This document shows positions 1 to 9,948 of a stretch of DNA of 64,000 bases, piece after piece. The DNA comes from an uncultured Alphaproteobacteria bacterium (GTDB lineage Bacteria; Pseudomonadota; Alphaproteobacteria; Methylaequorales; Methylaequoraceae): positions 7,371 through 71,370 of the forward strand of contig CABZMK010000004.1 of the NCBI GenBank assembly GCA_902526865.1, in the 5' to 3' direction. Position numbers and translations under genes: made by a program. The notes below the pieces were generated by a model. The model was not told the origin of the DNA. It saw only the letters and a list, made by a program, of their open reading frames with translations, and searched no databases. Position 1 is the stretch's first letter; each line of letters opens with the position of its first letter.

Positions 1-616
1 TACCTCTTCCGCCTGAAATCACTATTTTAGCACTTGTTAATTCTGGGCGATCTGATTTAGATTTATCATAACTTACAAAACTAACTGAGTTATTTTTATC
101 AAGATTTACTGTTAAGCTTTCGACGTCAACACTTGAGTTTAAAGCACATGGTTCAAAACATGTTGATCGAACAGTGATGATTTTCATCTGATCACTGGAC
201 TTTACTTTTGCGATAGCATTACCTGCATAAATTGGTCTCTCAAAAGTATCGTCGCTAATAATTTTAGTAATATCAGAGATCTGTTGAACATCCATAAGAG
301 CTGACAGCTTTGGAGACATATTTTTTCCAAATGTGCTCGATGGCGAAAGTATGTGTGTGTAATCGGAACCTTCAGCAAACTTTTGAATTGCATTGGATAA
401 ATTTTCAGCTAATGGATTTTTAAATAGCTCATTATCTATTTTGTAAATTTTTTTAAGATGGTCAGATTTTTTTAATTCATTTATTACTGAATCCAGACCT
501 TGACCAAGAACTATTGCCTCAACTGAATCACTTATTTCTTTAGCAGCTGTTATAGTTGAGAAACTCGATTGTTTTACAGTTTCATTATCATGTTCAATTA
601 TCACTAAAACTTTCAT
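1..616 (-). CDS. etfA: Electron transfer flavoprotein alpha subunit, N-terminal part; the 3' end runs off the window
   Basis: Not in the ORF track because it is truncated. Minus-strand translation from the ATG (complement of 614-616) reads [50 protein letters not shown]... The stretch I translated (301-616) has no stop. ATGA overlap with the etfB stop. The etfB-etfA order is the usual operon arrangement. Confidence 0.85.
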   Translation of the reverse strand, partial: MKVLVIIEHDNETVKQSSFSTITAAKEISDSVEAIVLGQGLDSVINELKKSDHLKKIYKIDNELFKNPLAENLSNAIQKFAEGSDYTHILSPSSTFGKNMSPKLSALMDVQQISDITKIISDDTFERPIYAGNAIAKVKSSDQMKIITVRSTCFEPCALNSSVDVESLTVNLDKNNSVSFVSYDKSKSDRPELTSAKIVISGGRG

Positions 617-1368
617 AATACTTTTGCCTCATTTTTAAGTTTATTTACAAGTGCTTCCACGTCATCAACCTTGATACCTGGTTTTCTATCCGGAGGTTCA
701 TTTACCTCCAAAACTTGTAATCTATCTTTAATATCTATACCAAAACTTCCAATTTCAAGAACATCAATTTTTTTTTGTTTAGCTTTCATAATATTAGGTA
801 AAGATGCATATCTAGGTTCATTTAAACGTAAATCTGTTGTTACAACACAAGGAATATTGACTTTTACAGTTTCTAGTCCGCCATCAACCTCTCTTGTAAC
901 TTCGAGAGTGTTGTCATCATTCTTTTTTAATTCTGAGGCAAACGTTGCTTGGGGAATTTCTAATAATGTGGCTACGATTTGACCTGTTTGATTGCAATCA
1001 TCGTCTATGGCTTGTTTACCTAATATTATGAGATCTGGCTTCTCTTTGTCAGAAACGGCTTTAATTATTTTTCCTACAGTAAGGGGTTCTAGTTGTTCTT
1101 TATCTGTTTTTACTAAAATACCTCTGTCACCACCCATTGCAAGTGCAGATCTAATTGTTTCTTGAGATTTGTCAGTTCCTATTGATAGTATAACTATTTC
1201 TTGAATTTGACTTTTCTCCTTCATTCTAACTGCTTCCTCTACTGCGATCTCATCGAATGGATTCATAGACATCTTGACATTATCAGTTTCTACTCCTGAT
1301 TTATCAGATTTTACTCTTATTCTAACATTATAATCGATAACTCTTTTTACACAAACTAATGCTTTCAT
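613..1368 (-). CDS. etfB: Electron transfer flavoprotein beta subunit
   Basis: 251-aa [23 protein letters not shown]... and the ...[16 protein letters not shown] tail are typical EtfB. Coupled to etfA. Confidence 0.9.
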   Translation of the reverse strand: MKALVCVKRVIDYNVRIRVKSDKSGVETDNVKMSMNPFDEIAVEEAVRMKEKSQIQEIVILSIGTDKSQETIRSALAMGGDRGILVKTDKEQLEPLTVGKIIKAVSDKEKPDLIILGKQAIDDDCNQTGQIVATLLEIPQATFASELKKNDDNTLEVTREVDGGLETVKVNIPCVVTTDLRLNEPRYASLPNIMKAKQKKIDVLEIGSFGIDIKDRLQVLEVNEPPDRKPGIKVDDVEALVNKLKNEAKVL

Positions 1369-1382
1369 AACCTTTTCCTTAA

Positions 1383-1931
1383 TTAATTTTTATTTGGAAT
1401 CCAAAGTATATCACCATCTTTTTTATTCTCAAACCTAGCAGCTACAAAAAGAAAATCGGAAAGCCTATTTACATATTTAATTATATCGGTACTTACTTTT
1501 TCTTTGTCATTTAGTTCTATAATTGATCTTTCTGCTCTTCTGACATTAGATCTTGATAAATGAAGAAATGACGAAAGTTGACTTCCACCAGGGAGAATAA
1601 ATGACTGCAATTTATCTAATTCCTTATTCATTTGGTCAATTTCATTTTCAAGAAAATTAATTTTATCACTTGATATTGTAACATGTCTTTTTGAATTTTC
1701 AGGAAAACACAAGTCTGCCCCAATATCAAAAAGATGATTTTGAATCTCAAGCAATATTTTTTTTAACTTTTTGTTAGATAGGAATACGCATATTCCTAAT
1801 GATGAGTTTGCCTCGTCTATGTCACCGTATGCTTTAATTCTTATGTTACACTTCTGAACCCTTGAACCATCACCTAGACTTGTTAAACCTTTATCCCCTC
1901 CTCGAGTATAAATTTTATCAAGCTTAACCAA
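1383..1931 (-). CDS. PduO-type ATP:cob(I)alamin adenosyltransferase
   Basis: 182-aa ORF. N-terminal [19 protein letters not shown] motif and the size typical of the PduO/MMAB family. Sits next to a B12-dependent mutase gene cluster. Confidence 0.85.
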   Translation of the reverse strand: MVKLDKIYTRGGDKGLTSLGDGSRVQKCNIRIKAYGDIDEANSSLGICVFLSNKKLKKILLEIQNHLFDIGADLCFPENSKRHVTISSDKINFLENEIDQMNKELDKLQSFILPGGSQLSSFLHLSRSNVRRAERSIIELNDKEKVSTDIIKYVNRLSDFLFVAARFENKKDGDILWIPNKN

Positions 1932-1939
1932 TTTTTCTC

Positions 1940-2131
1940 CTAAGATTTTAAGAAAAGGGCGACCGTTAAAATTGTAAGTGTCACAAATTGTATCGCTACT
2001 CTGTACCTCATGAATGAGTTGATCTTATTATTTTCTTCGTTGGATCTAGCTGTATGAAACAGTCCAATCAAAAGTACAAGAAATGTTGTGATTAGACATA
2101 TTACAATTATGAAGTTTAGGAAGGATTCCAT
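1940..2131 (-). CDS. Small twin-transmembrane-helix protein (HIG1-like), hypothetical
   Basis: 63-aa ORF with two hydrophobic helices separated by a charged loop (ARSNEENNK). The ATG abuts the stop of the upstream dehydrogenase gene. Confidence 0.4.
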   Translation of the reverse strand: MESFLNFIIVICLITTFLVLLIGLFHTARSNEENNKINSFMRYRVAIQFVTLTILTVALFLKS

Positions 2132-3816
2132 TATCTGGCTAAAAGACCTTTTACAACAATTTGAGCCTGAATTTCGGCAGCCCCTTCAAAAATATTAAGA
2201 ATTCTTGAATCGCATAAGACTCTACTGATTGGATACTCAAGTGCGTAGCCATTTCCACCATGAATTTGAAGAGCACTGTCAGCATTGCTCCAAGCGACTC
2301 TCGCAGCAAGTAATTTTGCCATGCCTGCCTCAATATCGCATCTAATGTCGTTGTCTTTTTCTCTGGCTGAAAATAAAGTTATTTGTCGAGCAACAGTTGT
2401 CTCCATAGCCATCCAAGCTAACTTATTGAATATTCTTGGAAATTTAAGTATTTGTTTGCCGAATTGACTTCTATCTTTAGCGTATTGCAAAGCCAACTCA
2501 AGAGCGTTTTGCGCAACGCCCACAGCTCTTGCGGCTGTCTGAATTCTTGCAGATTCAAAGGTTTCCATGAGTTGTTTAAACCCATTACCTTCTTGTTCAC
2601 CTAAAAGATTTTTCTTGCTTACTTTTATATCTTCAAGCGCTATCTCGTATTCTTTCATTCCTCTGTAACCTAAGACTTCGATTTCACTGCCTGACATTCC
2701 TTCCATGGGGAAAGGTTTTTCGCAATTCCCTCTCGGTTTTTCTACTAAAAACATGCTTAGACCTTTATAACCTTTCTGATTCATGTCTGTTCTAGCAAGG
2801 ACAGTCATTAAATCTGACCTAGCACCGTGGGTTATCCAGGTTTTGTTTCCATTTATAATGTAATCGTCACCATGAGACTGAGCTCTGGTTGAAAGACTAC
2901 CTAAATCTGATCCGGTGTTTGGTTCAGTAAAAACTGCAGTTGTCAAAATATTACCTGAAGCGATCTCGGGTAGATATTTTTTTTTCTGCTCTTCTGTACC
3001 ACCGAGTCTTATTAATTCACCTGCAATTTCTGCTCGAGTACCTAAAGATCCAGCGGCTAAAAAACCTCTGGAAAGCTCTTCGGTTACAACGCACATTGCG
3101 ACTTTTCCCATTCCTAATCCACCGTAATTTTCAGGTATTGCAATGCTAAACACTCCTAACTCTGCCATTTTTTTAAGAACATCATCTGGAATCAAAGCAT
3201 CTTTTAAGTGCCATTCATTGGCATGGGGTAAAATTTCTTCCTCTGTAAATTTTTTAAACTGATCTTGGATCATATCAAGAGTCTCATCGTTGAGTCCCAG
3301 ACTAGGATGTATATCTTTATCAAGTGAATCAACAATTATCGTTTTGATTTTATCGGAAAGGCCAATGTCTATTAAGTCTTTCACCGATTCATCGTTCATA
3401 AATTCAAAATCGGTTTCATCTAGATGAAGATCAGACGGCCTAACCATTTCTGATTGACTCATCATTATACCATTCCTCATTTGAGTTAAATATTCAGCAA
3501 AGGCGAACAGTGTTATAGCAGCATCTATTTCTGAAGATTTGTCGTTGTCATTAAGGCGAACAAACCAATTAAGTGTTTCTCTTAGTCCTATTCTATATGT
3601 GTCGAACCATGCAAAACCATGTGTTTTAGATTGGTTTAATTCTAATAGTTGGTTATCAATCCTATTATCTTTAGTTAAGGTGGATTTAAATGCTTCTCTT
3701 GATTTACTGGAAATTATTTCAAGTTTGTTGAGAATATCCTTTAATACAATAGTGTTAGACAGAAGATATTTTTTAAAACTAATAATTTCTGAATTTATGT
3801 TAACGGAACTATCCAT
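2131..3816 (-). CDS. mcd: Acyl-CoA dehydrogenase with long N-terminal extension; putative (2S)-methylsuccinyl-CoA dehydrogenase
   Basis: 561-aa ORF. The C-terminal roughly 380 aa is a canonical ACAD fold (TEPNTGSDL..., IFEGAAEIQ). The roughly 170-aa N-terminal extension and the neighbourhood (ccr, ecm-like mutase, etfAB) fit Mcd. The dehydrogenase family call is firm; the substrate call is inference. Confidence 0.65.
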   Translation of the reverse strand: MDSSVNINSEIISFKKYLLSNTIVLKDILNKLEIISSKSREAFKSTLTKDNRIDNQLLELNQSKTHGFAWFDTYRIGLRETLNWFVRLNDNDKSSEIDAAITLFAFAEYLTQMRNGIMMSQSEMVRPSDLHLDETDFEFMNDESVKDLIDIGLSDKIKTIIVDSLDKDIHPSLGLNDETLDMIQDQFKKFTEEEILPHANEWHLKDALIPDDVLKKMAELGVFSIAIPENYGGLGMGKVAMCVVTEELSRGFLAAGSLGTRAEIAGELIRLGGTEEQKKKYLPEIASGNILTTAVFTEPNTGSDLGSLSTRAQSHGDDYIINGNKTWITHGARSDLMTVLARTDMNQKGYKGLSMFLVEKPRGNCEKPFPMEGMSGSEIEVLGYRGMKEYEIALEDIKVSKKNLLGEQEGNGFKQLMETFESARIQTAARAVGVAQNALELALQYAKDRSQFGKQILKFPRIFNKLAWMAMETTVARQITLFSAREKDNDIRCDIEAGMAKLLAARVAWSNADSALQIHGGNGYALEYPISRVLCDSRILNIFEGAAEIQAQIVVKGLLAR

Positions 3817-3856
3817 AATTTTTATCTAATAATTATTATTTCTTATTCAAGGTTAA

Positions 3857-5086
3857 TTATAATTCATTAAAGCTTTTCATTCCAGTCTTTTTTGCTTGAA
3901 CTAAAGCCGCCATATTACCAGGAAGATGTTTATTGTTCATCATCTTCGTATGAGCCACCGGTATTTCGCTCCATTTGAAACACTCAGACATTAGGGGTTT
4001 TATTAATTTGTTAATCATCATATCATTTGCTTGTTTAGCTTGAAACAAGTTTGCAAAATGACTTCCTTGAATTCTTTTTTGTCTCATCCAAACATAACGC
4101 GCATCCATTGTTAAGTTATACCCTGACGTTCCAGCACAAATCACTACCATTCCACCAGTCTTTACTAAATAACAGGAAACTGGAAAGGTTGATTCTCCTG
4201 GATGTTCAAAAACTATATCTACATCTTTTTTTCCAGTGATTTCCCAAATGTCTTTTCCTAAAACTCTGCAATTTTTTATGAAATTAGAATATTCAGATTG
4301 ATCTTTGACATCTGGAAGTTGTCCAAAACAATTATAATTTTTTCTGTTCAGCACTCCAACTGCACCAAGTTCTTTGACAAATGGGATTTTTTCGTCATCT
4401 GAAATGATACCTATTGCATTTGCACCGACCGCCTTACATATCTGGACGGCCATGCTTCCAATTCCCCCTGATGCTCCCCAAACCAAAACATTCATACCAG
4501 GTTTTAAAGCATGAGGTGGGTGGCCAAAAAGCATTCTGAAAGAGGTTGCTAATGTTAAGGTGTAACAACCGCTTTCTTCCCATGACAGATGCTCAGGTTT
4601 TTTTAGTAGTTGTCTTGATTGAACTGTTGTAAACTGTGCAAAAGAGCCATCATTAGTTTCGTACCCCCAAATCCTTTGAGATTTTGAATACATTGGTTCT
4701 CCTCCATTACATTCTTCGTCGTCCCCATCGTCTCTATTACAATGAATAATAACCTCATCACCAACTTTCCATCTTTTCACATTTTCCCCGACTGCCCAAA
4801 CAATACCAGATGCGTCTGAACCTCCGATATGGTATCCTGTATCTTTTCCAATAACTGATATTGGAATACCTTGGGATGCCCAAACATTGTTGTAATTTAT
4901 TCCAACTGCCATAACCATCACAAGAACTTCGTCTTTACCAGGTTTTTGAACTGGCATCTTCTCAATTTGCATGGCGTCCTCTGGAAAACCTAATCTATCC
5001 TCTCTTATAACCCATGCGTACATTTCTTCAGGCACTTCGCCCAGACTTGGAATTTCACCAATCTCATAAATTTTCTTTGCAGTCAT
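3857..5086 (-). CDS. ccr: Crotonyl-CoA carboxylase/reductase
   Basis: 409-aa ORF, MDR superfamily. The N-terminus IYEIGEIPSLGEVPEEMYAWVIREDRLG...VMAVGINYNNVWA resembles characterised Ccr. Divergent from the ecm-like mutase gene. Confidence 0.75.
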   Translation of the reverse strand: MTAKKIYEIGEIPSLGEVPEEMYAWVIREDRLGFPEDAMQIEKMPVQKPGKDEVLVMVMAVGINYNNVWASQGIPISVIGKDTGYHIGGSDASGIVWAVGENVKRWKVGDEVIIHCNRDDGDDEECNGGEPMYSKSQRIWGYETNDGSFAQFTTVQSRQLLKKPEHLSWEESGCYTLTLATSFRMLFGHPPHALKPGMNVLVWGASGGIGSMAVQICKAVGANAIGIISDDEKIPFVKELGAVGVLNRKNYNCFGQLPDVKDQSEYSNFIKNCRVLGKDIWEITGKKDVDIVFEHPGESTFPVSCYLVKTGGMVVICAGTSGYNLTMDARYVWMRQKRIQGSHFANLFQAKQANDMMINKLIKPLMSECFKWSEIPVAHTKMMNNKHLPGNMAALVQAKKTGMKSFNEL

Positions 5087-5187
5087 AACGGTTCCTATGA
5101 TACTTTAAAATGATTTATACCACTAAAAATTAAAAAATAAATGAAATTTCTTGTTAGCTATTAAAAATAATATTATTTAAGTTAAAA

Positions 5188-7167
5188 ATGAATAAAGTTA
5201 AAGATAAGCCATGGATGATAAGAACTTATGCTGGTCACTCATCAGCAGAAGCCTCTAACAGACTTTACAGAACAAATCTAAAAAAAGGTCAAACAGGTTT
5301 ATCAGTTGCTTTCGACTTACCCACACAAACCGGATATGATTCAGATCATATTCTTTCAAAAGGTGAGGTTGGTAAAGTAGGAGTCCCAATCAGCCACATT
5401 GGAAATATGCAAACTCTTTTTAACAAAATTCCCTTGGAAAAAATGAACACTTCAATGACTATTAATGCTCCAGCTCCTTGGTTACTAGCCTTATATATTG
5501 CTACAGCTGAGAAACAAGGGGTTGACAAGAAGCTTCTTTCTGGCACCACACAAAATGATATTACAAAAGAATATCTTTCAAGAGGTACTTACATTTTTCC
5601 TCCTGAACCTAGTCTAAAGTTAACCACTGATATTATTAAATACACAACCAGTGAAGTACCTAAATGGAACCCCATCAATATTTGTTCGTATCACCTTCAG
5701 GAAGCAGGAGCAACACCCGAGCAAGAACTCACCTTTGCTCTGGCTACAGCAATTGGAGTTTTAGAATATTTACATAATTCTGAAAAAATTAAGAAACCTC
5801 TTTTTGAAAAGATTGTGGGAAGAATAAGTTTTTTTGTTAACTCAGGAATGCGATTCGTTACTGAAACTGCAAAAATGGCATCTTTCACTGAACTTTGGGA
5901 TGAAATATGTTCCAAAAGGTTTAAGATTTCAGATCCAAAATACAGAAGATTTAGGTATGGTATGCAAGTTAACTCTCTTGGGTTAACTGAATTACAACCT
6001 GAGAATAATGTTTATAGAATTTTAATCCAAATGCTTCCAGTTGTAATTGCTAAAAATTCTAGAGCAAGAGCCGTTCAACTTCCAGCGTGGAATGAAGCTC
6101 TTGGTCTTCCTAGACCATGGGATCAACAATGGAGTCTTCGACTACAGCAAATTATGGCATATGAAACAGACTTATTAGAATTTTCAGATATTTTTGAAGG
6201 TTCAAAAGTATTAAAAGAAAAAATAAAACATTTGAAAAAATCTGCTCACGATCAATTATCAAAAATAGATAAAATTGGAGGATTGATTCCAGCAATTGAA
6301 AATGGTTATTTGAAAAGTCAACTTGTTGAATCGCAAACAAATAGACAGAAGAATATAGAGCAAGGCGAACAAAAAGTTGTCGGTGTGAACTGTTTTGCAG
6401 AAGGAGAAATTTCACCTTTAGTAAATGAAAAAGATGGTGGATTTATGAAGGTCAATGATGAAGCTGAGAAAACTCAAATCAATAATGTAAAAAATTGGAA
6501 AGAAAAAAGAAATAATAACAAAGTCGTTTTGTGTCTTAAAAAGTTGAAGGAAATTGCCACTGAGGGGGGAAATATTATGAAAGTTTCTATCGATTGTGCT
6601 CATCAAGGCGTAACAACCGGAGAATGGTCTAATGTTATGAGAGAAGTGTTTGGAGAATATAGAGCTCCAACAGGAATAGTTTCGTCTCATATCTCGAAAG
6701 CCAGATCGGACGACTCCGATATACATCAAATTCAAAAAGAAATTAACAAAATAACTTCCAAACTTAAAAGACGTCCTAAGATGCTGGTAGGCAAACCTGG
6801 TTTAGACGGGCACTCTAATGGTGCTGAACAAATAGCAGTTAGAGCAAGAGATATTGGCTTGGAAGTAGTTTACGATGGAATAAGATCAACACCCGAGCAA
6901 CTCGTAGTTGCTGCAATAGAAGAAGGAGTTCACATAATTGGTTTATCAATACTCTCTGGATCACATGTTCATCTAGTAAAAGTTATCATGAATCTTTTAA
7001 AAAAGAATAACTTTTCAAGAATACCTGTAATTGTAGGAGGAATTATCCCTCCCTCCGATGAAAGAAAATTAAAGTCTTTTGGCATAAAAGAGGTTTTTAC
7101 ACCAAAGGATTTTAAAATTGAAGAAATAATGAAACGAATAGCTCAAATCATTAAAGAGGCACATTAA
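5188..7167 (+). CDS. ecm: Single-chain adenosylcobalamin-dependent acyl-CoA mutase; putative ethylmalonyl-CoA mutase
   Basis: 659-aa ORF. Mutase TIM-barrel N-domain (RTYAGHSSAEASNRLYRTNLKKGQTGLSVAFDLPTQTGYDSD) plus a C-terminal B12-binding domain with a DxHxxG motif (DGHSNG). Context with ccr and mcd suggests Ecm rather than Mcm. Confidence 0.7.
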   Translation: MNKVKDKPWMIRTYAGHSSAEASNRLYRTNLKKGQTGLSVAFDLPTQTGYDSDHILSKGEVGKVGVPISHIGNMQTLFNKIPLEKMNTSMTINAPAPWLLALYIATAEKQGVDKKLLSGTTQNDITKEYLSRGTYIFPPEPSLKLTTDIIKYTTSEVPKWNPINICSYHLQEAGATPEQELTFALATAIGVLEYLHNSEKIKKPLFEKIVGRISFFVNSGMRFVTETAKMASFTELWDEICSKRFKISDPKYRRFRYGMQVNSLGLTELQPENNVYRILIQMLPVVIAKNSRARAVQLPAWNEALGLPRPWDQQWSLRLQQIMAYETDLLEFSDIFEGSKVLKEKIKHLKKSAHDQLSKIDKIGGLIPAIENGYLKSQLVESQTNRQKNIEQGEQKVVGVNCFAEGEISPLVNEKDGGFMKVNDEAEKTQINNVKNWKEKRNNNKVVLCLKKLKEIATEGGNIMKVSIDCAHQGVTTGEWSNVMREVFGEYRAPTGIVSSHISKARSDDSDIHQIQKEINKITSKLKRRPKMLVGKPGLDGHSNGAEQIAVRARDIGLEVVYDGIRSTPEQLVVAAIEEGVHIIGLSILSGSHVHLVKVIMNLLKKNNFSRIPVIVGGIIPPSDERKLKSFGIKEVFTPKDFKIEEIMKRIAQIIKEAH

Positions 7168-7330
7168 TGAGTAAAAAAAAACTTTAGATTTAGCAATTCA
7201 TATACTCAGACAGATTAACGATTATGATCTTTCAGAATATCTTCCGATAAAGTTTAATGACAAAAAAATCGGATGGACACACATCTCAACTTTAAGTAGC
7301 ATTCCAGATATTAAAACTCCATGCAAACAC

Positions 7331-8020
7331 GTGGACATTGGCAAAATTATTGATTTTACAAATCAGTCTGTCTCAAGAAAGAGGGAACTTGAATATTGCC
7401 CAATTTTTGATTTTGAATCGTTAAAACCAAAGCTAAAATTCGATCACAAAAAAAAATTTTGTAACGGAAGAAAATTCATAATAGAAAGAAAATTTCTCTC
7501 AAAATTTGGACTCCCTGCATATGGAGTACACTGCAATGTTTGGAGTAAATTCAAAAACTCAACAATTATTCATCTCGCCAAAAGATCATGTAAACTCACA
7601 AAGTTCCCAGGTCTTTTTGATAATTTAATTGCTGGTGGTCAACCAATAGATTTATCAATAAAAGACAATTTTTATAAAGAAGCGTTTGAAGAAGCTGGGT
7701 TAAGTCAAGAACAATCTTCCCATGCAAAAAAAAGTAATACTGTCCATTATCAACACATTGAAAACACAAATTTCAATTCAGCAATTATATTTAACTATCA
7801 TTTAGAAAAATCTGACGATATGAAATTTTCCAATCAAGACGGAGAGGTAGAAAGTTTTTTATCGATTGAAATTGAAAAACTTTACACGATTTTAGAAAAA
7901 AATTTGTTAAAACCAAATTGTGTAATTCCATTAATTGATTTTTTTATGTTAAAAGAAGGTGATTTTGTTCCAAAAAACGTTATCGTTGAAATTAAAAGAT
8001 TATTTAATACAAATGAATGA
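7331..8020 (+). CDS. Nudix-like hydrolase (degenerate Nudix box); the true N-terminus is probably upstream of the listed GTG
   Basis: 229-aa ORF. GGQPIDLSIKDNFYKEAFEEAGL resembles a Nudix box. The same frame is open back to 7175 with protein-like sequence (see the finding on the A9 tract). Confidence 0.5.
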   Translation: MDIGKIIDFTNQSVSRKRELEYCPIFDFESLKPKLKFDHKKKFCNGRKFIIERKFLSKFGLPAYGVHCNVWSKFKNSTIIHLAKRSCKLTKFPGLFDNLIAGGQPIDLSIKDNFYKEAFEEAGLSQEQSSHAKKSNTVHYQHIENTNFNSAIIFNYHLEKSDDMKFSNQDGEVESFLSIEIEKLYTILEKNLLKPNCVIPLIDFFMLKEGDFVPKNVIVEIKRLFNTNE

Positions 8021-8666
8021 AAACTTTAATGGACAAATTTTGCTGCCAGAAGAAAAAAAAGTCAAAAATGCAATTGTATTTCTGCATGGTTATGGCGCAA
8101 ATTCAGAAGATCTTATTAATATTGGTTTAGAATGGAAAAAAGATCTGCCATCCACAGCTTTTATTTCTCCCAATGCTCCATTTAAATGTGAATGGGGAGA
8201 CAAAGCTTATCAATGGTTTGACCTCACATCTATTTCCCCTGAAAAAATAGGTGAAGGTTTAAAAAAGGCAGGGCCGCATCTTATAAATATGATAGAGGAT
8301 GTTAAAAAAAAATTTTCTTTGATTGAATCTCAAATCGCTTTTTTCGGATTTTCTCAAGGAGCAATGATGGGCTTATATCATTTGTGTAAAAGGAAGCAAA
8401 GTTGTGCAGGATTGTTAGCTTACTCAGGGCTTCTTTTTGAGGATAAAGAGTTTGAAAATGAAGTTTCATCTAAATTCCCAATAAGAATTTTTCACGGTAA
8501 AGACGATGAAGTAATACATTATGAGAATTCATTAAACTCTTATAATAAACTAAGAAAAATGGGCTTCTCTGTTGATCATCATATCCAAGACAACCTTGGC
8601 CATGGTATTGACAAATTTGGCTTAAAATTCGGAAACGATTTCATGAAAAAAATTTTTAAAGTTTAA
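8013..8666 (+). CDS. Phospholipase/carboxylesterase family alpha/beta hydrolase
   Basis: ORF 7959-8666. The likely start is the ATG at 8013 (MNENFNG...), overlapping the upstream stop. FLHGYGANSEDL and the GFSQGAMM nucleophile elbow are present. Confidence 0.8.
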   Translation: MNENFNGQILLPEEKKVKNAIVFLHGYGANSEDLINIGLEWKKDLPSTAFISPNAPFKCEWGDKAYQWFDLTSISPEKIGEGLKKAGPHLINMIEDVKKKFSLIESQIAFFGFSQGAMMGLYHLCKRKQSCAGLLAYSGLLFEDKEFENEVSSKFPIRIFHGKDDEVIHYENSLNSYNKLRKMGFSVDHHIQDNLGHGIDKFGLKFGNDFMKKIFKV

Positions 8667-8706
8667 AATTCGTTGTTTATTCACAATATAATAATAAAGT
8701 AAGCTT

Positions 8707-9267
8707 ATGAATTTAGTAACCAATAAATGTCCTGCACTTGTTCTTAATGCTGATTATCAGCCATTAAGTTACTTTCCTTTATCTACATGGTCATGGAAAA
8801 GTGCCCTCAAGGCAGTTTTTTTAGAGAGAGTGAATGTAGTTTCAGAATACAATCAAGTCGTTAGGTCTCCATCTACAACATTGAAACTCCCAAGTGTTGT
8901 TTCTCTTAAAGACTATATTCCATTACCAGAAAAAGCAGCATTTACGAGATTCAACGTTTTTTTGAGAGATAAATTTTTATGTCAATATTGCTCAAAAAGT
9001 TTTAAAGTTGAAGAACTTACCTTTGATCATGTCATACCAAAATCTAAAGGAGGAAAAACTACTTGGGACAATGTTGTTACATCTTGTAGGGTTTGTAATA
9101 CCCTTAAGGGAAACAAATCTTTAAAAAAAATTGGAGTTAAACTTAAATCTAATCCATACACTCCAAATAACTTTGAACTAAAAGAAATTGGAAGATTGTT
9201 TCCTCCTAATTTTCTTCACCAAAGTTGGAATGATTTTCTGTATTGGGATTCCGAGCTTGAACCTTAA
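8707..9267 (+). CDS. HNH endonuclease family protein
   Basis: 186-aa ORF with CQYC...FDHVIPKSKGGKTTWDNVVTSCRVCNTLKGNK, an HNH motif with zinc-binding cysteines. Confidence 0.8.
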   Translation: MNLVTNKCPALVLNADYQPLSYFPLSTWSWKSALKAVFLERVNVVSEYNQVVRSPSTTLKLPSVVSLKDYIPLPEKAAFTRFNVFLRDKFLCQYCSKSFKVEELTFDHVIPKSKGGKTTWDNVVTSCRVCNTLKGNKSLKKIGVKLKSNPYTPNNFELKEIGRLFPPNFLHQSWNDFLYWDSELEP

Positions 9268-9788
9268 ATTTTTTTTGAGAGCCTAATAGCTAATCTGGTC
9301 AAATTTTTTGTTAAGCTTTTAAAGAGATTCACACTTTTATCGTTGAGATTAGATTGTTCAGCAAACGACCTGTGTTCATCTTCGTCAGCACAAAATTTTT
9401 TAATTTTTTTTAGCATATCCTTTTCCACACCAAGACTTTCCAAATATTTTATTTGTGTGTTGTAATGATCGACTATTACTTCTTCTACTGCTTCTGTGCA
9501 AGCGTGCACATATTTTTCTCCCAGCACTGATGTTACTGCCCCTAAAAAATATCCTCCGTAATGCCAAATTGGACTTAGAGCCGTTGGTCTAGTTCTTTTC
9601 TTTAACATTGTCTTGTCAAAATAATCGAAATGTTCAAATTCTTCGGCAATCATTATTTCGAGCTTTTTCTTCAACTCTTTTTTTTTGCAAAATTTTATTT
9701 GCCCTGAATAGATTCGCTGAGCTCCATACTCACCTGCGTGATTGACTCTTATAATCTCATCAATTTTTTTTTGAAGTTTAGTTTTCAT
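9264..9788 (-). CDS. coq7: Demethoxyubiquinone hydroxylase (Coq7 family di-iron protein)
   Basis: 174-aa ORF. RVNHAGEYGAQRIYSGQ and EEFEH / EDEH di-iron ligand motifs. Confidence 0.85.
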   Translation of the reverse strand: MKTKLQKKIDEIIRVNHAGEYGAQRIYSGQIKFCKKKELKKKLEIMIAEEFEHFDYFDKTMLKKRTRPTALSPIWHYGGYFLGAVTSVLGEKYVHACTEAVEEVIVDHYNTQIKYLESLGVEKDMLKKIKKFCADEDEHRSFAEQSNLNDKSVNLFKSLTKNLTRLAIRLSKKI

Positions 9789-9948
9789 TTTTTCTAAGGT
9801 TATAATAGCTCAGCATAATTAGTAAAGTCGAAATTTTAAAATTTAAATTTACAAAAGACAAGCAAAAGTCTGACCAGGTAAACAATTGGAATCCAAATAA
9901 ATCCTATGATTAATATATTTCACTTAAATCGAATAGAATTAAAAAAAG

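Noticed and set aside
671-982. Antisense or shadow ORFs inside long genes. Examples: 671-982, 2285-2467, 2915-3149, 3539-3829, 5346-5915, 6152-6735, 18695-18994, 32004-32324, 40159-40413, 42505-43120, 59645-60049, 62206-62475, 63079-63450.
   Set aside because: Each lies wholly within a longer ORF on the other strand or frame that has clear family motifs. Their products are low-complexity, and no start context supports them.
8707-9267. The HNH endonuclease might be part of a defence or mobile system.
   Set aside because: It stands alone between core-type genes (esterase, coq7). No methylase, helicase or other partner is adjacent, and no flanking repeats are present. It is probably the widespread stand-alone HNH protein of alphaproteobacteria.
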